Assembly: GCA_963727525.1 (NCBI GenBank)
Contig: CAVSGO010000003.1
Coordinates: 451,831-515,830 of the forward strand
From: an uncultured bacterium
Lineage (GTDB): Bacteria; Krumholzibacteriota; Krumholzibacteriia; LZORAL124-64-63
Direction: 5' to 3'
DNA length: 64,000 bases
In this document: positions 20,006 through 29,366 of the stretch, piece by piece
How the letters are laid out: the number at the start of each line of letters is the position of its first letter
Numbering within the stretch: the stretch's first letter is position 1
Position numbers and translations under genes: made by a program
Notes under the pieces: generated by a model
What the model was told of the DNA's origin: nothing
What the model saw: only the letters and a program-made list of their open reading frames with translations
Database searches by the model: none

Positions 20006-23000
20006 ATGGCCCGTCGCCCGCACTCGCTCTGGTTCAAGGACGCAATCATTTACGAGATCCACGTGAAGGCCTTTCACGACAGTAACGGCGACGGTCTCGG
20101 CGACTTCCGCGGCCTGATCGAGAAACTCGACTACCTCGAAGCCCTCGGCGTGACGGCAATCTGGCTGCTACCTTTCTATCCCTCGCCCCTGCGTGACGAC
20201 GGCTACGACATCTCCGACTACCGCGGCATCCATCCTGACTACGGCACATTGCGCGACTTCAAGCTCTTCGTGCGCGAGGCTCATCGTCGTGGCATGCGTG
20301 TGATCACCGAGCTCGTCGTGAACCACACCAGCGACCAGCATCCGTGGTTCCAGGCAGCGCGGCGCGCGCGCCCCGGCTCGGCGCAGCGCGACTTCTATGT
20401 GTGGAGCGACACCGACGAGAAGTACGCCAGCACGCGCGTCATCTTTTCCGACACCGAGGCCAGCAACTGGACGTGGGATCCTGTGGCCGGTCAATATTAC
20501 TGGCACCGCTTCTTCAGCCACCAGCCCGACCTCAATCACAACAACCCGCGCGTGGTGCGCGCGGTCACGCGTTTGCTACGTTTCTGGCTCAAGGTCGGCG
20601 TTGACGGGCTACGCCTGGACGCCATTCCCTACCTGTGCGTGCGCGAGGGAACGAACAACGAGAACTTGCCGGAGACACATGACGTGATCCGGCAGATCCG
20701 CGCCGCCGTCGATGCCGAATTCGATGACCGCATGCTCCTGGCCGAGGCCAACCAGTGGCCGGACGACGTGATCCAGTATTTCGGCGACGGCGACGAGTGC
20801 CACATGGCTTATCACTTCCCGGTGATGCCGCGCATCTTCATGGCGCTACGGCAGGAGGACCGCAAGCCCATCACGGAGATCCTCAAACGGACGCCCGCCA
20901 TTCCAGAAAGCTGCCAGTGGGCCCTCTTTCTGCGCAACCACGACGAGCTGACCCTGGAGATGGTCACCGACGAGGAACGCGACTACATGTACCGTGAATA
21001 TGCCACGGACAAACGCATGCGTCTGAACGTGGGCATCCGCCGTCGTCTCGCGCCGCTGCTGAACAACGACCGCACTTCGATCGAGCTGCTCAACAGTTTG
21101 CTCTTCTCGTTCCCCGGCACGCCGATCATCTACTATGGCGACGAGCTCGGCATGGGCGACAATATCTACCTGGGCGACCGCGACGGCGTACGCACGCCCA
21201 TGCAGTGGTCGTTCGATCGCAACGCTGGATTTTCCACGGCCGACCCGGCGCGCCTCTACATGCCGGTGATCATGGACCCGGTGTACGGTTACCAGGCCGT
21301 CAACGTGGAGGCGCAGGAGCGTTCCCGGTCGTCGATGCTGCACTTCATGCGTCGGCTCATCTCGTTGCGTCGCCAGCACAAGGCCTTCGGTCGCGGCACC
21401 ATGGAGTTCCTCGATGCCGACAACCGTAAGGTCATCGCCTACCTGCGTCGCTACCAGAGCGAAGTGATCCTCTGCGTGGCCAACCTGAGCCGCTTCGTGC
21501 AGCCAGTGCAGCTCGATTTGCGCGAGTTCGACGGCTGGACGCCGGTGGAGATGATCGGGCGCACCGAGTTTCCCACCGTGGGCGAATTGCCCTACTTCCT
21601 CACGCTGGGCGGCCACGCGTTCTACTGGTTCCGCATGGAGCCGCAGCCCGAGCCCGTGACCATGGGGGCATCCGCGGCGGCGCAACAGGCCGAGCGCGAC
21701 GGGTTGCCGCTGGTGACGGTGGGGCGCGGCGGCGATCTGCTCGATCAGGACGGCCGCCACGCCCTCGAGCAGGAGGCGCTGCCGGCGTTCATGGTGCGGC
21801 AGCGCTGGTACCGCAGCAAGGCGCGCGACCTGGTGTCGGTGCGGCTCGTCGACTGGGCGAAGCTGGACGGCGGCTTCTCTCTGGTGCTGGTGGAGGCAAA
21901 CTACGAGGAGGGCGAGCGCGAGCGCTACGCTCTCACGCTGAAGACCATCATCGGACCGGCTGCCGCGAAGCTGGCGCACGAGGTACCCGGTAGCGTGGTC
22001 GCGCGACTGCGCAGTCCTGCGGGAGAGGGTGTGATCTGCGACGCCCTGGCCGACCGCAACAGCGGCGCCGCGCTTTACGTCGCCATGGCCGACGGGCGCG
22101 AGTTCACGACCGAGCAGGGCGGCGTGCTGCGCGCCTTTCCCGCGCGCGGCAGCGACGGGCGCACGCCGCCGCGCCATGACGTGCGTAGCGTGCGGGTGCT
22201 GGGCGTGGAGCAGAGCAACACGTCGATCGTGCTCGACGACGTGGCGATCCTCAAGTTCTTCCGGGTGGTGGAATCGGGCGTGAATCCGGATCTCGAGATC
22301 GGTCTGTATCTCACCGAGCGCACGGCGTTCACGCGCGTTCCACGCGTGCAAGGCGGCCTGATCTACCGCGATCCCGACGGGCACGAGGCCACCCTCGCCA
22401 TGATCCAGGATTTCGTGCCCAACCAGGGCGACGGCTGGAAGCATGGTCTCGAGGCCGTGCGTACCGCCCTCGACGCTCTCGCTGCGAAGGGCTGGCCGGC
22501 GCCACCTGCCCTATCGGCGGCGCCGCCGACCCGGCTCGACCCCGGCACGATGCCCGGCGCGCTGCGTGAGGCCGCCGGCTCGTTCGTGGACCACGCCCGC
22601 GACCTCGGCGCCGCCACGGCCGCCTGCCACCGCGCGCTCGCGCAGGAGCGCCGGGCGATCGATTTCACGCCGCGGCCGTTGACGACGGTGGAGCTTGAAA
22701 CGGTGGCCGACGGCGCCGTGCGCCGTGCACAGCAGGTGCTGGAGATGCTCAACGCGCAGGCGCGCCGCCTGGCTGCGCCGGAGCAGGAACTCGCCGATCA
22801 CGTGCTCCGTGGCGGGCCCTACCTGCTCGAACGTTTCCAGCGCTTGCCGCGTCTGGGCGAAGCCGGACAGCGTATCCGCGTGCACGGCGACTATCACCTC
22901 GGACAGGTGCTGATGACGGCCGACGGCTGGATGCTCCTCGACTTCGAGGGCGAGCCGTTGCGCTCCCTGGCCGAACGTCGGGAGAAGCAGTCGCCGCTCA

Positions 23001-23347
23001 AGGACGTGGCGGGCATGCTCCGCTCGTTCGACTACGCCGCACAGACGGTGCGCATGGAGGGCGAGCAAACCACCGCGCGCGCGGGCTGGGCGGCGCAGTG
23101 GTCGCAGTGGCTAGGCGCCTCCTTCGCGAGCGGCTACCTGGAGGGAGTCGCCGGCACGCCGTTGCTGCCCGCGGCCGAGAGCGATCTCGACGTGCTGCTG
23201 GACGCCTTCCTCCTGGACAAGGCGTTTTATGAGCTGGCGTACGAGCTGAACAACCGGCCCGGCTGGATCGGTGTGCCCCTGGCCGGCATCGCCGCGATCG
23301 CTGCCCGCCAGGCGGGGGAGCCGGAGTCCCCGGTCAACGGCGGCTGA
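20006..23347 (+). CDS. treS: Trehalose synthase TreS fused to maltokinase (Mak/Pep2)
   Basis: FYPSPLRDDGYD, HRFFSHQPDLN, LRLDA, AEANQW, FLRNHDELTLE; C-terminal EQSNTS, HGDYHLGQ, DFEGEP, YELNNRP; GAGGAGG RBS. Confidence 0.96.
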   Translation: MARRPHSLWFKDAIIYEIHVKAFHDSNGDGLGDFRGLIEKLDYLEALGVTAIWLLPFYPSPLRDDGYDISDYRGIHPDYGTLRDFKLFVREAHRRGMRVITELVVNHTSDQHPWFQAARRARPGSAQRDFYVWSDTDEKYASTRVIFSDTEASNWTWDPVAGQYYWHRFFSHQPDLNHNNPRVVRAVTRLLRFWLKVGVDGLRLDAIPYLCVREGTNNENLPETHDVIRQIRAAVDAEFDDRMLLAEANQWPDDVIQYFGDGDECHMAYHFPVMPRIFMALRQEDRKPITEILKRTPAIPESCQWALFLRNHDELTLEMVTDEERDYMYREYATDKRMRLNVGIRRRLAPLLNNDRTSIELLNSLLFSFPGTPIIYYGDELGMGDNIYLGDRDGVRTPMQWSFDRNAGFSTADPARLYMPVIMDPVYGYQAVNVEAQERSRSSMLHFMRRLISLRRQHKAFGRGTMEFLDADNRKVIAYLRRYQSEVILCVANLSRFVQPVQLDLREFDGWTPVEMIGRTEFPTVGELPYFLTLGGHAFYWFRMEPQPEPVTMGASAAAQQAERDGLPLVTVGRGGDLLDQDGRHALEQEALPAFMVRQRWYRSKARDLVSVRLVDWAKLDGGFSLVLVEANYEEGERERYALTLKTIIGPAAAKLAHEVPGSVVARLRSPAGEGVICDALADRNSGAALYVAMADGREFTTEQGGVLRAFPARGSDGRTPPRHDVRSVRVLGVEQSNTSIVLDDVAILKFFRVVESGVNPDLEIGLYLTERTAFTRVPRVQGGLIYRDPDGHEATLAMIQDFVPNQGDGWKHGLEAVRTALDALAAKGWPAPPALSAAPPTRLDPGTMPGALREAAGSFVDHARDLGAATAACHRALAQERRAIDFTPRPLTTVELETVADGAVRRAQQVLEMLNAQARRLAAPEQELADHVLRGGPYLLERFQRLPRLGEAGQRIRVHGDYHLGQVLMTADGWMLLDFEGEPLRSLAERREKQSPLKDVAGMLRSFDYAAQTVRMEGEQTTARAGWAAQWSQWLGASFASGYLEGVAGTPLLPAAESDLDVLLDAFLLDKAFYELAYELNNRPGWIGVPLAGIAAIAARQAGEPESPVNGG

Positions 23348-23424
23348 CGTCCTTCAAGTTGTGCCAAGAAGAATGTTGACGAGGCTTCGCACCGAGATCT
23401 CGCCCGCTAGGCCCGACTTTCTCA

Positions 23425-24534
23425 CTACGCGGCGTACGTCAGCACGTGCCTCCGGTTCACCTTCAATGGCCGCGTCTCGACCCGTCGCCAGTAGTAGTCA
23501 TCCCACAACGGCGGCAACTCGATATGCGACACGAACAGCCGCCGCGACAACACCTCCTCCTCGGTCAAAGGCTTCGTGGCGATCCCGATCTGCATCGCCG
23601 GCGTGCTCCAGCACCGCTTCTCCCGACGCAACTTGATCGTGTTGCGCCACACCAGGAAGATCGCCAGCCGGTAGATCGAATGCTGGCGTCGCTTCCCGAA
23701 CGCGATCGTCTCCCGCGTGTGGTCTTTCAGACAATGCCGCAGCAACATGTCCAGCAAGTTGACCTCGAACAACGGGTTGCGACTCGTCCGCGGCTGACGG
23801 GAGTCGATCGTCTCGTGGATCACCTTGCAATACCGTAGCTTCGCGATCGCGTAGGGATAGGTCTTGTGCTTGTCGCTCCAGATGTGGGCCTCGGTGGCGC
23901 CGTCGAGCGAGACCGAGAGCACCTCGAGCAGCGCCCGCATCAACGACCTGGGGTCCGGCCGGCCATAGTTTTGTTCAAAGAGGGACCGTTTCCATTTCTG
24001 CTCGTCGGTCATCGCCCCGCTGCGTCGTCGCTCGGCCTCGGCGAAGTGGATGATGAAGCTGGAGCGGCGATCGACGGCCGCGACGATCTCGTAGGGGAAA
24101 TACTGGGAGTGCTCGAAGGTGACGAGCCCGTCGATGGCGATGTCCACGAAGGGTGACGCCTGGGACACCAGGTGTCGATGGAAGAGGATGCAGTGTCGGC
24201 CGAGGCGGGCGAGGAGGTTGTCGACGGTCGTCGGCGAGGTGTCGAGGAGCCTGGCGATCTGGCGATTGGCGGCGCCAGAGACGGCGTGCTTATGGACCTT
24301 GGGCAGGAGATCGGCGCGTTTGAGCCAGTATGTGGTACGGAAGGTCTGGTCTGAGCAGGTTCTGCCGCAGGCCAGGCAGAGGTAGCGTTGGACGGTGTAG
24401 GGTGGGGATTTTCGGGAGAAGGTGCCGAAGAGCGCGAAGGGCCAGGGTTGCGGCTGAGGCTTGTGGTATTTGCAGTTAGGGTTGGGGCAGTGGGGAGGAA
24501 GCGTAGGGCATGAAGTGAGTGTTTTGATGTTCAT
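23425..24534 (-). CDS. Putative transposase: Zn finger + HTH + RNase H-like catalytic core
   Basis: CPNPNC...QRYLCLACGRT Zn finger; RQIARLLDTSPTTV HTH; IAIDG and IWSDKHKTY acidic motifs; C-terminal STPAMQIG. Confidence 0.8.
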   Translation of the reverse strand: MNIKTLTSCPTLPPHCPNPNCKYHKPQPQPWPFALFGTFSRKSPPYTVQRYLCLACGRTCSDQTFRTTYWLKRADLLPKVHKHAVSGAANRQIARLLDTSPTTVDNLLARLGRHCILFHRHLVSQASPFVDIAIDGLVTFEHSQYFPYEIVAAVDRRSSFIIHFAEAERRRSGAMTDEQKWKRSLFEQNYGRPDPRSLMRALLEVLSVSLDGATEAHIWSDKHKTYPYAIAKLRYCKVIHETIDSRQPRTSRNPLFEVNLLDMLLRHCLKDHTRETIAFGKRRQHSIYRLAIFLVWRNTIKLRREKRCWSTPAMQIGIATKPLTEEEVLSRRLFVSHIELPPLWDDYYWRRVETRPLKVNRRHVLTYAA

Positions 24535-24537
24535 GAA

Positions 24538-24566
24538 GACGGGTCCAGGCAAGCGCTGGACCCGTC
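24538..24566. repeat. Palindrome copy 1 (GACGGGTCCAG-N7-CTGGACCCGTC)
   Basis: Perfect 11-bp stem overlapping the inner end of the right IR, 3 nt from the transposase ATG; near copy at 59963-59997. Confidence 0.8.
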
Positions 24567-24584
24567 AACATTCTTCGTGGCACG

Positions 24585-26942
24585 TTATTTGACAAGCGTC
24601 ACCCGCGTGGCCGCCACGTGTGCGCCTTGCTTCACATAGGCGACGTACACGCCCGACGGTAGCGCGCGTCCGTGCCCGTCCTGCCCCTGCCACGTGACCT
24701 GCTGCGGGCCCGGTGCGTCGGCGCGCACCGCGCGGCTCCATACCTGACGGCCGTCGAGGCTGAAGATGCGCAGCTCCGCCGGGCCGGCTTGCGGCAGCGA
24801 GAAGCGCAGCGTCGTGGTCGGGTTGAACGGATTCGGATAGGCGGTGAGCGGCAGCGTCGGCGACGGTGGACCGTCGGCGATGGCGGTCAGCACGATCGCG
24901 ATAGCCTGGCGGATGCGCAGCTTGCCCGCGCCCCAGCGATCGGGGTCGGCGGTGTAAGCGTCGGTGCCGGCACCGCCCTGGAGCAGCGCGCGGCAGCGAC
25001 CGCTCCCGAGGTCGGGATCGAGCTGTTTGAGTAGCGCGACGGCGCCTGCCACGTGCGGGCCGGCTGCGCTCGTGCCGCCGAAGGACGTGAAGGCGCCGGC
25101 GACGAAAGAGTGGGTGCTGTAGGTGACGGAGCCGGGTGCCGCGAGCGCGACGTCGGGGCGGCCGTCGAGACGCGGGCCGCCGCCGCTGAAGTCGTTGATG
25201 TCGCCATCGCCGGCCGGGTCATAGGCTGCCACGCTGATTGCGGAGTCGGCAGTGGCGGGCCAGGTGACGGTGTGGGTCTGCACGGGCGCCTGCCACGAGC
25301 TGCTCGAGTACCAGCCCGAGGCGTCGTCCCAGAAGTAACCGTGCACGGTCGTCGCCGCGCCACCGCTCATGCCGAACTGCCAGGCGCCGACAATCGAGCT
25401 GCCACTGGTGCGGTTGAGGCGGATGTCCTGGCGCCGTGTACCCCGCGTCGACGAGCTCAGGTTGCCGTAGATGTGGAAGTCGCCCACGTCGATGAAGCTG
25501 CCATCGGTGGGGATGGCCACGGTGGCGCCGCCCGGTGGCGTGATGGTCATGGGCACGGCGGAGCCATCGGTCCAGAGGAAGTCGACCCAGGCGACGCCAG
25601 CGGACGCGAAGGTGAGGCTGGTTCCGGCGTTGCCGCCGACGATGGTATGCATCGTGCTCGCCGCGAGGTTGCCCGCCGGCACCACGATGATGATGCCATC
25701 GTTGGCCGCCAGCTCGTTCAGCATGATCTCCGTGTTCGACGAGCCGTCCATGTACTCCCAGGCCCACTCGCCGTCCTCGATGAGCACGATGTCGGCGCCC
25801 TCGTCGCGGGCCCACGCCAGTCCGGCCTCGATGGGCAGCAGGAACGACGGTTCGGCGGCGTAGTCGATCATGACCGGGAGCTGCTCCACGTCGGGGGCGA
25901 TACCCGTCATGGCGTGGCGCCAGGCCCAGCCGCCACCGAAGATGCCGGCCACCGGACCGCCGTGGCCGTAGTAGTCGCCCTCCGACTGCAGCAGGTCCAC
26001 GCCGCGCGTGTGCACCACGCCATCGCGACCGTAGATCGCGCGCACCTTGCTCGTGCCCAGGGCGATGAGCTGCTCGCCGATGTCGAGTACGCCGTCGCCG
26101 TCGGTGTCGTCGACGATGAACCACGGTTCGCCATAGCAGGGATCGTTCTCGCCGTAGGTGGGCGGACCAGAGTCGCGGCTGCCGCTGCCGTTGGTATCGG
26201 CGTAGAGGAAGTCGAAAGCCGCGTCGTACTGGCCCGTGCTGTTGCCGTACTGGGTCGTGCCCAGCGCCTCGACGTAGCGCAGCGACTCGCCGGCGCCCAC
26301 GCTGCCGTTGCCGTCGAGATCCACGCCATCGCCGGTGGTGACAGTGCCGCTGCCGTCGGCGTCGATCCAGTCGTAGCGGGGGCCGTCGGCGAAGAAGAAC
26401 ATGGGGTGGTAGTAGAAGACGCCCGTGTCGAAGTCGCTCAGGACGACGCCCGCGCCAGTGAGCGGCAAGCCGTCGGGATCGAGCACCTGCCAGGCCTGCT
26501 CGGCCTCCACCTGGGGACGGCTGCGATAGAGTGGGGGCCGGGGCGCCACGCGCCAGGCGCCGTCGATGGCGACCACCGCCGGCAGGGCGCTCAGGGCGTC
26601 GAGGCTGGCGAAGGGGATGCGCGCGGGGACCACCGTGCGGCTGCCCGCCAGGCCGTGCCCGAAGTCGTAGAATGTGACACCGAGATCGCGCACCGCGGCG
26701 AGGTCGGTCGCAGTAGGCGGCGCGGCGAAGCGGATCGAACCAGGCAACACGTCCTGTCCGGCGATGGCCAGAGCCTGGGCGTCGCGATCACCCGAGGCGA
26801 CGCTGGCGGGCGGGGCGATGCGGCCCGCGGCGATCTCCTGCCGCAGGGCGCGCAGGTAGGCGAGGCGGCCGTCGAGCACGGCGGCGGCGGCGGCCTGGGC
26901 GAGGACGATCACGAGGGCGAGGGCGAGGATGCGGCGCAGCAT
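24585..26942 (-). CDS. Secreted S8 family serine peptidase with insertions and FlgD-Ig CTD
   Basis: FDTG, HGGPVAG, PAGN, GTSAAGPHVAG; signal peptide; YPNPFNP tail; AGGAGGAG RBS. Confidence 0.88.
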   Translation of the reverse strand: MLRRILALALVIVLAQAAAAAVLDGRLAYLRALRQEIAAGRIAPPASVASGDRDAQALAIAGQDVLPGSIRFAAPPTATDLAAVRDLGVTFYDFGHGLAGSRTVVPARIPFASLDALSALPAVVAIDGAWRVAPRPPLYRSRPQVEAEQAWQVLDPDGLPLTGAGVVLSDFDTGVFYYHPMFFFADGPRYDWIDADGSGTVTTGDGVDLDGNGSVGAGESLRYVEALGTTQYGNSTGQYDAAFDFLYADTNGSGSRDSGPPTYGENDPCYGEPWFIVDDTDGDGVLDIGEQLIALGTSKVRAIYGRDGVVHTRGVDLLQSEGDYYGHGGPVAGIFGGGWAWRHAMTGIAPDVEQLPVMIDYAAEPSFLLPIEAGLAWARDEGADIVLIEDGEWAWEYMDGSSNTEIMLNELAANDGIIIVVPAGNLAASTMHTIVGGNAGTSLTFASAGVAWVDFLWTDGSAVPMTITPPGGATVAIPTDGSFIDVGDFHIYGNLSSSTRGTRRQDIRLNRTSGSSIVGAWQFGMSGGAATTVHGYFWDDASGWYSSSSWQAPVQTHTVTWPATADSAISVAAYDPAGDGDINDFSGGGPRLDGRPDVALAAPGSVTYSTHSFVAGAFTSFGGTSAAGPHVAGAVALLKQLDPDLGSGRCRALLQGGAGTDAYTADPDRWGAGKLRIRQAIAIVLTAIADGPPSPTLPLTAYPNPFNPTTTLRFSLPQAGPAELRIFSLDGRQVWSRAVRADAPGPQQVTWQGQDGHGRALPSGVYVAYVKQGAHVAATRVTLVK

Positions 26943-27108
26943 GGGCTCCTCCTGGCGAGCGGGTCGGTGCAGGCGACTCTTTTAGGATACGTCAACGGGG
27001 GTGCTGGAGACAAATGCTGGGCGCGGCGGGCGGACGCGACAACGCTTGAGGATTTCTCGGGGGAAGACTAGTCTCGCGCACGATGCGTCGGCCCTACGAG
27101 GTGGAACC

Positions 27109-29355
27109 ATGACCGCTGCGGATCGCAAGCTTGGCACGTTCCTGGGGGTATTCACGCCGACGATCCTCACGATCCTCGGTGTGATCATGTACCTGCGTTT
27201 CGGCTGGCTCGTGGGCAACCTCGGTCTGCGACCGGTCCTCGTGATCGTTGTCCTTGCCAACGCCATCACCATCGTCACGACGCTGGCGTTTTCCGCTGTC
27301 GCCACCAACACCCCGCTCAAGGCCGGGGGAGCCTATTACATCATCTCGCGCAGCCTCGGGATCGAGCTAGGGGGGGCCATCGGGCTGCCGCTCTTCCTGT
27401 CTCAAGCCTTCTCGGTCACGCTCTACGCCTACGGACTCGCCGAGTCCCTGCGCGTCGTGTGGGACGGCGTGCCCGTGCCGGGCGTCACGGTCGCTGTCGT
27501 GCTGCTCGTCGGTGCGCTCGCCTATGCCGGGGCTGCGGGGGCCCTGAGATCGCAGGTGCCGCTCCTCTTCCTCGTCGGGCTGTCCCTGGTGGCGCTCGCG
27601 ATCGGCGCGACGGCCCGGGCGGGACTTCATCCCCTGGCGGCCGCCACGGGCGCCGGCTCGGTCGGCTTCTGGCAGGGGTTCGCGGTCTTCTTTCCGGCGG
27701 TCTCGGGCATCATGGCCGGCCTGGGGCTTTCCGGCGATCTCCGCAACCCGGCGCGGTCGGTCCCGCTGGGGGCTTTGGCCGCCGTGGGGACGGGACTGGT
27801 CGTCTACCTTGTGGTACCCGTTCTGCTGGTCATGGGTGCGGATCCGCAGGTGCTGAGCGAGGATCCGCTCGTCTGGACGAGGATCGCGCCGCTCGGCGCG
27901 TGGCTCGTGATGCCGGGGCTCTGGGCAGCGATCTTCTCGTCCGCGGTCGGCTCGATTCTCGGGGCGCCGCGGACGCTGCAAGCTCTGGCGAGCGATGGAC
28001 TCGCGCCACGGATCTGCGCGCGACAGACCGGCAGCCGGAACGATATCGTGCCTTCGCTCATCGTGACGCTCATCATCGCGCTCGCCGCGGTCCTGCTCGG
28101 CAATCTGAACGCCGTGGCGGCTGTGGTCACGATGTTCTTTCTGACGGTCTACGGGACGCTGAATATCGTATCCTCGTTCGAAGCGCTCAGCGGCGACCCC
28201 TCTTGGCGACCGCGTCTGCGGATACCGTGGTTCGTCACGCTGGTCGCCGGCGTGGCGTGTTTCTGGGTGATGTTCCTGATCAACCCGCTCGCCGGCGTCC
28301 TGGCGGTTGTCGTGGAAATCGTGCTGTGGCTCCTGCTGTCGCGCAAGGAGCGCGAGGCCCGCTGGGGCGACGCGCGGCGCGGACTGTACGAGAACCTCAT
28401 TCGCTGGGCGCTCGTCAAGCTGGCCGACCGGCCGATGAGTGCGCGAAACTGGCGTCCGCACGTGCTGGTCTTCGTCGACGACCCCTTGCGCGAGCTCGAT
28501 CTCGTACGCTTCGGCGACTGGTTCAGCCAGGGGCGTGGCGTCGTGACCGTCTGCAAGCTGGTTGTCGGCGATCTCCTGCACGACGACCTCGATCTCAGCG
28601 AGGACCGGACGCACATGCAGGACGTCCTCGACACGGAGAGCCTCGTGGTCTTCGCCGAGGTCGATGTCGCCCGTGATCTCGTGTCCGGGATCGTGGAGGT
28701 CGCCCAGGCCAATGGCATGGCCGGGATGAGCAGCAACACAATCCTGCTGGGCTGGCCGAGCGATCCCGTGTTGCAGGTCGAGTTCATGCGGGTGCTCCGA
28801 CAGCTCGAGTACCTGCACAAGTCGCTCGTCGTGGGCCGCGTCCAGCCCCGCCTCCTCTACCGGCGTGCCGCGGTCAGGCGCGAGGTACACGTCTGGTGGG
28901 GAGGTATCCAGCGCAACGGCGATCTCATGCTGTTGCTGGCGTACCTGTTGACGCGGAATCCGGCATGGCGCGATGCCCGCGTCACGGTGCTGAGCCTTGC
29001 CACCAACGATCTCATGAAGGAGCAGACCGAGGCTTATCTCGGCCGGCTGATCCCGGAAATCCGGATCGAGGCGTCCATTCGCGTTCTGCTCAAGAGCAAG
29101 GACGAGAGCATTGCGGACGTGATCCAGAAGGTGAGTGCCGACGCCGAGGCGGTATTCCTGGGCCTGGCCACGCCCGACGAGGGGGACGAGGCCGGGTACG
29201 CCGCTCGCCTCGACAAGCTGGTGGGTGATCTGCCCATGGTGTTCTTCGTCAAGAATGCGTCCGTGTTCGTCGGCGACCTGCTGGCGGATGCGACCGCCGA
29301 CGCCGAGACACGGTCGCCTCGGGTGTCGGGCGGGGTCAATGACGAGACGGAGTGA
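27109..29355 (+). CDS. APC-superfamily cation-chloride cotransporter (SLC12/NKCC-like)
   Basis: GTFLGVFTP.ILTILGVIMYLRFGW, GGAYYIISRSLG, FFPAVSGIMAG..SGDL, cytoplasmic RNWRP and VWWGG..NGDLMLLLAYLL. Confidence 0.9.
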   Translation: MTAADRKLGTFLGVFTPTILTILGVIMYLRFGWLVGNLGLRPVLVIVVLANAITIVTTLAFSAVATNTPLKAGGAYYIISRSLGIELGGAIGLPLFLSQAFSVTLYAYGLAESLRVVWDGVPVPGVTVAVVLLVGALAYAGAAGALRSQVPLLFLVGLSLVALAIGATARAGLHPLAAATGAGSVGFWQGFAVFFPAVSGIMAGLGLSGDLRNPARSVPLGALAAVGTGLVVYLVVPVLLVMGADPQVLSEDPLVWTRIAPLGAWLVMPGLWAAIFSSAVGSILGAPRTLQALASDGLAPRICARQTGSRNDIVPSLIVTLIIALAAVLLGNLNAVAAVVTMFFLTVYGTLNIVSSFEALSGDPSWRPRLRIPWFVTLVAGVACFWVMFLINPLAGVLAVVVEIVLWLLLSRKEREARWGDARRGLYENLIRWALVKLADRPMSARNWRPHVLVFVDDPLRELDLVRFGDWFSQGRGVVTVCKLVVGDLLHDDLDLSEDRTHMQDVLDTESLVVFAEVDVARDLVSGIVEVAQANGMAGMSSNTILLGWPSDPVLQVEFMRVLRQLEYLHKSLVVGRVQPRLLYRRAAVRREVHVWWGGIQRNGDLMLLLAYLLTRNPAWRDARVTVLSLATNDLMKEQTEAYLGRLIPEIRIEASIRVLLKSKDESIADVIQKVSADAEAVFLGLATPDEGDEAGYAARLDKLVGDLPMVFFVKNASVFVGDLLADATADAETRSPRVSGGVNDETE

Positions 29356-29366
29356 CTGCACCTTTG

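Larger units (their letters stand above)
23361..24583 (-). mobile_element. Insertion sequence (IS1/IS1595-like DDE transposase) bounded by 21-bp terminal inverted repeats
   Basis: Left GTGCCAAGAAGAATGTTGACG (23361-23381) vs reverse complement of 24563-24583 GTGCCACGAAGAATGTTGACG (20/21 identical); GTT immediately outside both ends; a single ORF fills the element. Confidence 0.8.

Noticed and set aside
23340-24600. 8-9 bp target-site duplication around the IS
   Set aside because: The flanks share only GTT; no longer direct repeat is present
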